64,000 bases of DNA from Bigelowiella natans CCMP2755 (Eukaryota; Protista; Cercozoa): NCBI GenBank assembly GCA_000320545.1, contig ADNK01000136.1, forward strand, positions 186,001-250,000. Reading direction: 5' to 3'. Below, piece by piece: positions 53,401 through 64,000 of this stretch (its first letter is position 1; every line of letters starts with the position of its first letter). The notes below the pieces were generated by a model that saw only the letters and a list, made by a program, of their open reading frames with translations, ran no database searches and was not told the DNA's origin. The translations under genes and the position numbers were made by a program.

Positions 53401-54357
53401 CGAAGGCGACAAGTTATTATCTCTCCTGGAAAAAGAAAAGCCATGAATCAACAAGGATGGTGTATCTGCTAGCTGGTCCAATGGAAGGAACAATAGAATC
53501 ATTGCTATCACACAATACAATCACGATACTACTACTACTACTGCTACTACTACTTTTGTCCTAATCCCTTGTTAAATTTTCTCTCTGTTGTTCATTATAA
53601 ACCACTAATTCCCTGACACATCATCATCATCATCATTATCATAACCATCATCATTATCATCCCAAATGATAAATATATACACTACTACACAACAAATAAA
53701 TAATACTTGTTCCATCGTGATGGCAACATCTTTGCTCTTTTTCCTTTCATTAAGTTTGCCTTTTAACGACGATGACGGAGAGAAAGAGAGAGTTTGAGAG
53801 TTTGAGAGAGAGAGGGGGGGAGGGGAGGGGGAATAGACATTAAAGGGGTGGGATGGTAAAACAACAACAATAACAACACAGAAAACAACACAGAGGGTGG
53901 ATTATCTACTCTTCTGCTGCTGCTGCTACTACTACATGTGCAGCATCATCACACATAATCTTCCCCTCGTCGTCATGTTTTTAAAGGACAAATGGATTAT
54001 CGATTGCTTAATTCAAAAAACATCGATACTGATGATTGTTGCCCTGGATGATGATCCATGGAACGAAAGAAGAAGAAGAAGAAAAAGACCCAACAAGGAT
54101 GCTATAAATTAATAATAAAATACTATTACAACTGCTACTCCTACTACCATCGTTATTTTTATTATTACCCAATAAGCATAAAGAACCGAAATCATAGATG
54201 ATGATTGATTTACCTTGCTTACAAGATCAGCAATACGCCTTGACACATCGATTCGTTCCTATACATAGAGACAAAAAAAAAAATAATAATAATCAACTTT
54301 TTATACTAATCGACGTCATCATCAATTTACCAGACAGTAACAGTAGGTAACGCTTAA

Positions 54358-54403
<46 letters not shown>

Positions 54404-55099
54404 TTTGTTTGCACATGATATCTTACCATCATTATCTATTTATCTATGTTTCTGATGATGAAGGTGATGATGCTAATAGTATTTGTTATAGGTTGTTTGA
54501 CCGAAGGATTGTTCTTGATTTCTTTCACAGTTTGTAGCATCAACCTTGATGATGTTTTTGTTGTTGTTGTTGTTGATGATGATGATGATGACACCAAATA
54601 CCAATAATAAAAGAAAAGCAAAAGAGAAAGAAGAAGATGCAGAGAAAAGAGGGAAAATGAGGGAGAGGGATTAAATAGAGATGATGTGCTTTTATTTTGC
54701 CTTCATTGCTTATTTTTTAATACACGCACACAAAAGTACATAGAACATATAATAAACATAGATAAATAAACATATATCGTCATCGTCATCATCATCATCA
54801 TCATCATCATCATCGTCATCATCATCACCCTATTGCACAAGTTAGCGCTCGATAAGCAGCATCTCTGTCTCCATTCTTTTCCGAATGCAGATATCTTGAT
54901 ATTTCACCCTGAAACACAATTAGTTATAGTGGTAGTAGGGTAGTAGCGAGTAACTGTGGTGGTGATGGTGATGACGATGATGATAGTGATAGTGGTGGTA
55001 ATGATAATCATCTATGGAACAACAACTGATTTGACAAAGATATCAAAGTGCTCTTGCATATAAAGCAGCAGGTACCAGTAAATAGCAACAGTAAGTAGG

Positions 55100-55135
<36 letters not shown>

Positions 55136-55154
55136 AATAGCAACAGTAAGTAGG

Positions 55155-55187
<33 letters not shown>

Positions 55188-55206
55188 AATAGCAACAGTA
55201 AGTAGG

Positions 55207-55245
<39 letters not shown>

Positions 55246-55264
55246 AATAGCAACAGTAAGTAGG

Positions 55265-55298
<34 letters not shown>

Positions 55299-55975
55299 GG
55301 ATTATTGCATCATAATCGATTAGATCATCATCCTCATATTGTAGCTCTGTTTTATACTACTGCTACTAGTATTTCCTCCTCCTCCTGCTCCTTGATGGAT
55401 GCTATATCGATGATTATTTGTGTCTGTTTGTTGACCTGTGCTGCCTCTTTCAGTCGCTGTATCTTTGGAGATTCTTGTTCTTCTTGTTCATAATTCTCAT
55501 CATCATTTTCTTCTCCCTCCTTACCATCTTGATACTTCTCAAGCCTATTATCACCTCTATCTTGATCATCCTCCTTTTCTATTGCTGCTACCAATTCATC
55601 ATCATCATCATTATCGTCTTTTTGTCCTTCTTCTTCTGATAAACACCCCCCCGTCCTGGACAATGCTGGATTGTTGGTCGCTGCTGCTGCACTTTTTCTA
55701 CGACTAAACTGACGATTGGAACAAGAAGAAGAAGAAGATGGAGAAGAAGGTGAAGAAGACCACGATGAAGAATTTGCTGCTTCTCTTTCTCCTCCTATGT
55801 AGTAAAATATTTTGAACAAACAATATCATCATCAGCCAGTATATATGGGTGCTAGCAGCAAATGGAAGGAAGAAAAACATAATAATAATATCATTGGATC
55901 TATGATATTATTTTAGTATATTATCTTATACTTTATTTGTGTAGTTGTTATCATGCTCATAATTATTCTCGGCTA

Positions 55976-56054
<79 letters not shown>

Positions 56055-57702
56055 TATATAAAAACATTAACTAGAGAACCTCCTTCATGCCCAAGTATTA
56101 CGGTATTGTACATTAGTACTACCTCTAATTGCTGATATCATCGTTGGTGGTGGTGGTGATGATGATGATGAGCTTAGATTTATTCCTCCTGCACCACCGT
56201 CATTTCTTCGCTTATTTCTTGCAACTTTGTTCTTCCTTTTGTTGTTGTTGTTGTTGTTGTTTTTCTTGGAAAGGCTGCGGCACAGTTTGAGGTCTTCCTC
56301 GTCTATTTCCTGCTTTGCTATGAGCTCCTACAGGTCAGTGGCAGTGAAGCATAGTAATTGGGAGAAGGAGGAGGAGAGCAGATAGAGATATGCATCAAGT
56401 GAGATTACAATAATCATTCCCCCCCTCGTCATCATCATCATCAGAAGGATGGGTTGTTTCACTCGCTGTTTCGTATGGTGCAACGTATTGTATTATTATT
56501 ATCAATTACTACTACCACTACTACTACTACTACCTTCTCAATATTCTTGAGTTTTTGGTTCAAATGCTGGTCTATTTTCAAATACTTGGCCTTGTGCCTG
56601 ATCGAGAAGAATGATGATGATAAATGGTGATGATGATGCCTGTGTATGTCTGTTTTTGGTTGTTCTTAGTTATGAACAATAACAAGTAATTACTGAAATA
56701 TTAGTGATTTGTTATATCAATAGGCGAAGAAGAAGAAGAAGAAGAAGAAGAAGAAGAAGAAGAAGGCATCAATCAGTACGTTATACTACAACAACAACAA
56801 CTACTACTACTACTGCTAATACAAAGCTTGAAAGGAGGAGGAGGAGGAGGAGGAGGAGGAGGAGGAGGAGGCGAAGCAATCATTCAATCACTCACCGAAA
56901 CATCATCATCACCATCATTATAATCGTTATCATTATCATAACCAAAGTTAATACTACTTAATGAAAGTTAATAACAAGGGATTGGAAGATGACATTACCA
57001 TCTTAAAATTATCAAGCTAAGCTTTGAGTCCAAGATCTCAGTAACTGCAGTACTATAATGGAGGGAAAGGGAGGGAGGGTTAGAGAGAGAATGATGAGAG
57101 AGTGACGGTGAAGAATGAGATCAGAGAGGGTCATGGCTAGAGTTATGAACAGTGGAAGAGATTGATGATGATGATGCTGCTGCTGATGATGATGATGATG
57201 AATGATGCGATCAGCAGCCATAAATGTGAACGCAATACATCGTCCACTTTGTTATGAAGCGATTAGAGCAAATGCTAATAATATTAAAAGTGCTGCCTGC
57301 AACATTATTCATCATCATCATCATCATCATCATCATAAATAAATAAATAAATCAATACCTGAGAGTGGGGATTACTGTTTCCTCGATATTCCGTCGTTTC
57401 TCTTGAATCTCGTAAAGCTGTTGTTGTTTTTGTTGTCAGAAATTCCAATTATTTATCACGCATGATATTGTTTGTTGATTTAATGATGATGACGTGAAGG
57501 AGACCAAACGAAGAAGAAGAAGTAGAAGAAGACCAAACAGACGCAGCAGGAGAATGAATGCGTGCACCAATAGAGAAGGAGTAAGAGGAGGAAAAAATAA
57601 AAGAGAATATTATAATAAACTGCTACTACTACTCCTACTACTACTACTACTACCACTCACTAAGAGTAGAAAGGGGGAACAGAAAATATTATGATGTATA
57701 TA

Positions 57703-57740
<38 letters not shown>

Positions 57741-58354
57741 ATATAATATACTCCCATTGCTGCTGCTACTGGTCTCTTCTTCTACTTCTACTATAACTAC
57801 TACTACTACTATTACTATTACAAATTTCATCACAACGACGACTATTATTACTACTACCGCTTTGTACTACTACTACTACTACTACTACTACTATTACTAC
57901 TTCTTACATTCTTCTTCTTTGTTCATCATTGTTTCAAACTGCTGCTGCTTATTACCTGCTTTGTACTATTAATGCTACTTATTCTGCGGTTGTTTTCTTG
58001 AAGGAAATTTTGGGGTCTAAATCGTCTTGAAGGAACAAAGGCAAAAAGGAGTGAGTAAGTGACGAGGAGTGCTCAGGCACAGTAAGTGTCACAGCATACT
58101 ACTACTACTACTACTTCTACTACTACCTTGATTACAACAACAACCCTCTCAATCAATTAAAAATAGTAGTTATAAATAGTAGTATCATCCTTTTCTCTTC
58201 TATTTCTTATCACGTAGTAGTAGCTACGATGATGATGATGAATAATTAATACCTATGGACCCAATACATCATTTGCACCATTACGGAAATGAAGCTTTCA
58301 ATCTAATTAGGAACAAGAGATTATATCATCCATCATGAATCAAACAAAAAGTAG

Positions 58355-58391
<37 letters not shown>

Positions 58392-58595
58392 AATGATGTG
58401 ATACGTCATACCAATGAGGAGTGTAAAATCATCAAATATTATCAAATTTAAATCATTGACATCTCCCTTGATCATCTTCCATCATCATCATCATCATCAT
58501 ACAGGGAATAGATTTCACCACCATCACCACAACTATTATGGTTAAAAGTAATCATAAAACAAAACATTAAATTCATACATGCACCAAACCTCGTG

Positions 58596-58634
<39 letters not shown>

Positions 58635-58949
58635 GTTATATATACCTGGAATGTTGTTTGTTTGATAATAACGTCTGACTGGTTTTTGTGATGACGAAGA
58701 AAGAACGTTATCTGGAATAATATCATCATCACCCATGAAGAACAAATGTATGTATGATGATGATGATGACACGCATTGATTGACGACTAAAATGAATATT
58801 ATCATTTACTATTATCTGAGTAGTTGCAAAATACTTTCTTCGTGTCTTCTTATTGTTGATTATTTATTCTTATTTAAATTTCTCATGTTGTATACTAAAT
58901 AATAGGTGCTTGTTTCCACCCCCCTCCCTCACCGATAAGACACACACAC

Positions 58950-58989
<40 letters not shown>

Positions 58990-59431
58990 GATCATGATTA
59001 TCATAGTAGTACTACTAATACTACTACTTTGTAATAAGAGTATTACTACTACTACCTGACTCACGAAAATGTCTATGAGATAATGGAATGGGTAATGCGT
59101 TGTCAGCAAGCTATTAAAGTCATTATCACGCCAAACATAATTAGGAGGACAAAACACGACAAACAACATTGCATCAAAAAAACGCATTAGGCATGACAAA
59201 CACATTTAGATATTCAAAAAAGGGGGAGGGACTAAAATGAAGTGAAATTTTCACATAAACAATATGTTTATTCAAATTCCCGATGAGGAAATATCAAGAA
59301 AAAGTCGCAACTAGTTTTTGTATTTTTTGGCAATTAAATTCATCATCAATGGTAACCAAAAACTACTACTACTACTACTATTACTTCTACAACAGGTAGT
59401 AATTTTACTGCTGGTGTATGTGTTGTGTGTG

Positions 59432-59466
<35 letters not shown>

Positions 59467-59730
59467 GGTTGAAATAGAGATGATTTGCAGCATTATTATC
59501 ATCATCATCATGCAAGACTTCATTTGTTAGTACTACACATCAGTGGAAAATACTACTAGAGATTCTTCTGCCCCTATTATTTATTTATTTATCTATCTAT
59601 CACAACATCCGATAAAGATTATTCTGCCCCAGTTATTTATTTATTTATTATCATCACCACCAAGTCTCTCACACCTCCTCCTCCTCCTCTCCTCCTCCTC
59701 CTTCTCCTCCCCGAAGGGCATTTGCTTCTT

Positions 59731-59761
<31 letters not shown>

Positions 59762-61828
59762 TATATATTATTATTATCATTACACTACAAGTACTATTAC
59801 TACTACTGCTACTATCACTGTTACTACCTGCGGGCATGCTGATGCGTGAGTGCAGCCATTTGTGCCGCTCTCTTGGAGGCGAGTTGCTCTGGATCATCCC
59901 TCACCTGCACCCACGGTTTTATTAATTTATAGAATAGGACAAACAAAGGATTGCACATATTAAAAAAATTATCCAAAAAAATATGCAACTATGATGATAT
60001 TTGCAAATTAAAATGGTCATCCTATACATAAAAGCATTATCATGAAAATATTATTATTAGTACCTGCTGTGCTGCTTTAAATTCATTCAACTCAAGGATA
60101 TTCTTTTGAAAGGTCTCAACCTGGAATCAATCAATGAAAGGAACAAGCAGTGCACAAAATGGGAGTAATATGTGTTTTAGTATTGCATTAATGCATTATT
60201 TCCTCAAAGAATCCAAATCATCTGATTATCAGAATATTCCCTCGTTGTCAAAAATATCTAAAATTTACATTATATTCGTAGATTATTTTTTAATTTTAGT
60301 CATGCAAAAACTGTTGTCCTCCTCATTATTTCCAAACTAGCAGATAACATAGATAACTTAGTGATACTACTAGTAGTTCCTATTTATACTAATACTACTG
60401 CTGCTGCTGCTGCTACCGGGTCCTCGCCGACTCTGGCTGGGGTAAACTCAGGATTTCCGTTTTTATCAAGATGGACAGAGAATACCTGAATAATAACAGA
60501 TATCGTAGATAATAAGGAGATAATTATTGATCATTATTATTCAACGTATTATTGATAATTATTATTCAACGTAGTAGTAGTAGTATCCCATAGTAGATAA
60601 TACCTCTATGGGAACGATAGAAGAGCCCTTTTTGTCAGTAAGTTCTGCATCTATGTAATTAACAACAAATTATATAACAAAACATTACATATAATAATCA
60701 GTGTTGTCCTACTACTAGTCCATGTGACGTGTGTACAACCAGAATCGTTGACCAGCAAAGCTTGTGAGGCAAAATGCACGCAAGTTGAGTTTATCCACGC
60801 AAGCATTTGCAGGGTCTGTTGTTATTAGTTGCGATGAGCGTTATTACCCAGTTGGTGGTAGTAAGGTAAGTAGGCTACAATGCACTTGACAATTGACAGA
60901 GGATTCCGTCATTCGTTGTTCTCGCATGATGGTATGATCTATCTTAAAAGCTACTACCTACGACTACCACTACTACTACTGCTACTACTACTACTACAAC
61001 TTGGGGCTTTGGCATCATTGCTGCTTCGTCATCATCCAGCTTATTCCTTTCTTGCTGCATACGAAGCATTGCAAATTCCGCACAATCGAGAAACAGCGAC
61101 ATTTTCCTCTGCAATGAGTAAAAATTAAAATTAGGTATTGTCGAACTCACTCCTTAGATCAAGAGATCGAGCTTGTATTTGTAACAACATTGTTAGCAGA
61201 TAACTAGCAATACTGATGCTACTATCACACTATGTTCATCGTTCAGCCTCACCACCTCGTTACCATCACTTCTAAAAGTGTTGTCAGCACTACTATTTAC
61301 CGTCTCCTGAGGCGTCGCCTTCTTCCGATTTGGAGTGGGTAAATAAATAGTGGAACCACCATCCCCCCCGGTTGAAGTGGGTGGTGGTTCAACAGAACAC
61401 AAACTGGGCTGTTGATCGTCGTCGTCGTCGTGGGATCGGTAGCTGCTTCTAGCTGTAGCTGCTGTTCTTGTTGCTCCTGCATAAATTTCTTCGTGATCAA
61501 CACTGGAGTTGCAAACTCCGGCTCTACTCGCATTGCCATTGTCTACTTTTCTTTCTTCTTGTTCCACGGCGTGGTTTTTGCCACTATTGTTGTTATTCAC
61601 GATGCACACAGCATCCCTGATCTCCTCGTGGCGTTTAAGAAAGTGGATGGAGAGCGAGCTCGATGAAGCAGAAACAGCACCTGATGCCTCAACGCTAAAA
61701 AATAGAGTGAATTGATGCATAAGTTAGCAGCATAACACTAATAACTCTCTTATTCGAAATTATTCGTATAACCTTTTCTCATCCCAGCTAATCTTAGGGG
61801 AGCATATCTTGTCTTCTCGGAGTATCAT
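52042..61828 (-). CDS. Large multi-exon protein with a C-terminal VPS9 (Rab5-family GEF) domain
   Basis: The C-terminal exon reads KLDHLCDAC..ASADDLLGTLILCIIQAKPAHL..AFIEK..HRGYSVTTFVCAVDYL, which fits the VPS9 pattern. Many upstream minus-strand exons with canonical sites lead back to an ATG at 61828. A single-gene model is assumed and the ends are approximate. Confidence 0.7.
53260..53351 (-). repeat. 45-bp in-frame tandem duplication (TTSSSRTVAATGIDV x2) within the VPS9-gene ORF
   Basis: cacgtctattcccgtcgctgctactgttctactagaactcgtagt occurs twice in tandem. Confidence 0.9.
55077..55297. repeat. Four tandem copies of agtaaatagcaacagtaagtaggtg(agt)n, intronic
   Basis: The unit is directly visible four times with variable (AGT)n length. 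Confidence 0.9.
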
Positions 61829-62461
61829 TGCGCCACTACTATAAACCTCTCAGCAATCCTGTTGTTATCCTATCATCCCCCTTCCCTTTCATTGAATCCA
61901 GAGCAGGGAGAGGAGGGAAAACTTTTCAGTCGACATGCAACGAAAGTCCTGTCTAAAGTTCTGCGTCAATGAAAAACATGGGTTATTTGCATAAAATTGG
62001 TTCTTTTCTCGTTGTGCGTCAAGATGAAACACAACTTGTTTGCAGAAAATTGGTACTTTTCCTGCAGAAGATTTGGTCGATAAATTTTCCCTCCTGCTGT
62101 GTGTATCTTATTCCAGCCAATACAATCCTGAATTTACAGCAAAAGAAGACGTTCCGGGGTCTGCGACATAGGAATATCATTATTCCTGGAATAAATTGGA
62201 TGTCGAACACTTGCACCTGCGCACACTTCAAGAGGCCTCCCATTCAACCGTACCTCCATGAGTTTTTCTTACACTTTCATCAAAAGTCACAGTGACGTTT
62301 GTCTGAATAGGTTGAAATTGACGACGAATAACTCTCCATTGGTAACCATGACTTGCAATGACAATTGTGTTCGTTTGGTTTTTCATTGACATTCGAATTT
62401 CTCCTTCACACGGCTTTGATCACAAATTAATTCAATGACAGTAACGTGAGACTGCAAAGAG

Positions 62462-64000
62462 ATGAGTGAGACGGAGAATAAAGGGAAGACAGAGGAAACA
62501 GAGAAGGAGATTACAGAGAAGGAAATTACAGAGAAGAAAATTTCAGAGAAGGAAATTTCAGAGAAGGAGATTGAGAAGAAAGAAGAGGGGGAGGAGAGCG
62601 ACCAGAAAGAAAAATCAAATGTAAAGCCCGACAACAAGACAGAGAGCTCAGCACGTTCTGAAGCGAACGTTGAATCAGAGCCCATGTAGTCGATACTCAA
62701 AGACAATACTCATAGTACCCTTCTTTCGTAAATCTGACCGTATGTAGAAATAAGACTCAGATTCACTCTCATCTTTTAAAAGAAAATGTTTCGTTGCTGG
62801 GATAAACTGGAAGACTACGGATGAGCAACTCAGAGAATTCTTCAACTCAAGATTTGATGGTGCTCTCCAAACCTTGACATAATTTTTCATGCTAACTTCC
62901 TCCTCGTTTTCCTTAGGATTGGTGTCTACGGAGATTATGCGCTCCCGCGAAACAGGCTCATCTCGAGGTTTTGGTTTTGCTTACTTTCGAAGTAAAGAAC
63001 ATGCGGAAAAAGCATGCTCCGAAAGCAGGTAAAATCTTTAGAATTCAATTACCAGAGTAAATTCACGTTTTTTGTTACAGAAAGCACGAATTGGATGGCC
63101 GTTACATAGAGATTCAGCTCGCAAAGTAGTGGCAATCCCTTGATGTAAATTTTTTAGTGGTTGTTCACTTATGAATGTAATTAGATCTCGAGAAGAAATG
63201 TCCAGAGGCAGAGGTGGGCGTGGATTCAGAGGTAGAGGACGAGGCTATGGTCACGACAGTGGTTACGGAGGAAGAGGGTATGGAAGGGGTCGAGGTTACG
63301 GACGCAGACCTCCCTACGATGACTATCATGGATCTTCGCAGCGCGAAAATGCTCCATCTGCCACCACCAAAAAAATTTTTGTGGGAGGTATTTCACATGA
63401 TGTGACACAGGTCTATCATTCTAAGTACAAAATAAAACCAAATGTGGTCATTGAAGCACATTTTTTTTTGTAGGAGGTTTTTGCTGACTATTTCTCCAAA
63501 TTTGGCACTGTCGTAAAAGCTATCCTTAAGACAGACTTGGCCACCGGAAGGGTAGTTTGAAAATATAAGAAGATGTGCATATCATTCTGACTGTTGTGAC
63601 GAGTAGGCTAAAGGCTTTGGCTTTGTGACTTTTGAAGATGAAAAATCTGCTGAAAAGTGTGTAGAAATCGGAATGCATAATTTAAATGGAAAAGAGGTAT
63701 TAGCTATCTTGCTTGGTATCCTTATCTTCTTTTAACACTCTTTTGGTCAACAGATGGAATGTGTAAAAGCGTATCCAAAACCGTATGAGGGAACTGGCTA
63801 CCATGAGAACCGCTATGATAGTGACCGTCATGGAAGGGGGGGTGGGTACACAAGTAGCTGGACGAGTCCTTATGCTGCTGCTCCGAGGTTTGCTTTCCGA
63901 ATATGTATTGTCTCAAGGATGGCTCTGGTTCATATTTTTACAACATAGGGAGGGTTACGCACGGCACGCGAACTACGCGCCGAATTATTCGGCACCACCT
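62462..64000 (+). CDS. Two-RRM, RGG-containing RNA-binding protein (hnRNP A/Musashi/DAZAP1-like); runs off the window
   Basis: RRM1 KCFVAGINWKTTDEQL..SRGFGFAYF, an RGG/RGY linker, and RRM2 KIFVGGISHD..AKGFGFVTF. The N-terminus has EKEIT/EKEIS pentapeptide repeats (~62500-62580). Confidence 0.92.

Noticed and set aside
55077-55297. Regular repeat-spacer pattern resembling a CRISPR array (also 18398-18625)
   Set aside because: The 'spacers' are simple (AGT)n or (CTG)n tracts, the context is a eukaryotic intron, and there are no cas genes.
1-64000. tRNA, rRNA or snRNA genes
   Set aside because: None recognised by eye. A covariance-model search would be needed to exclude them.

Overview
Gene-dense, intron-rich eukaryotic nuclear DNA. 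The ORF track is mostly microsatellite noise, so genes were rebuilt by hand-splicing GT-AG introns, and exon boundaries are approximate. Twelve genes have recognisable family motifs: PLOD-type glycosyltransferase (partial), GNPTAB-like Stealth phosphotransferase, bacterial-type Fe-alcohol dehydrogenase, Era GTPase, farnesyltransferase alpha, adenosine kinase, HMG-box protein, FabD/MCAT, a DUSP-Tudor-DOT1-like fusion, DEAD-box helicase, VPS9 protein and a 2xRRM protein (partial). Two further minus-strand genes are weaker hypothetical calls. FabD has a signal peptide plus transit-peptide-like leader, which points to an alga with a complex plastid (chlorarachniophyte-like; inference). The most striking signal is architectural. 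The genes alternate strand strictly as seven head-to-head pairs. Each tail-to-tail spacer has a distinct composition: TpA is depleted, TG/CA and CpG are rich, and surviving TA sits largely in CTAG. The extreme case is about 1.58 kb (38922-40502) with only 7 TA dinucleotides, all in CTAG. A diverged inverted repeat in one spacer shows TA/TG/CA substitutions. Together this suggests a localised TpA->TpG/CpA mutation or base-modification process, opposite in direction to fungal RIP, acting at convergent termination zones.
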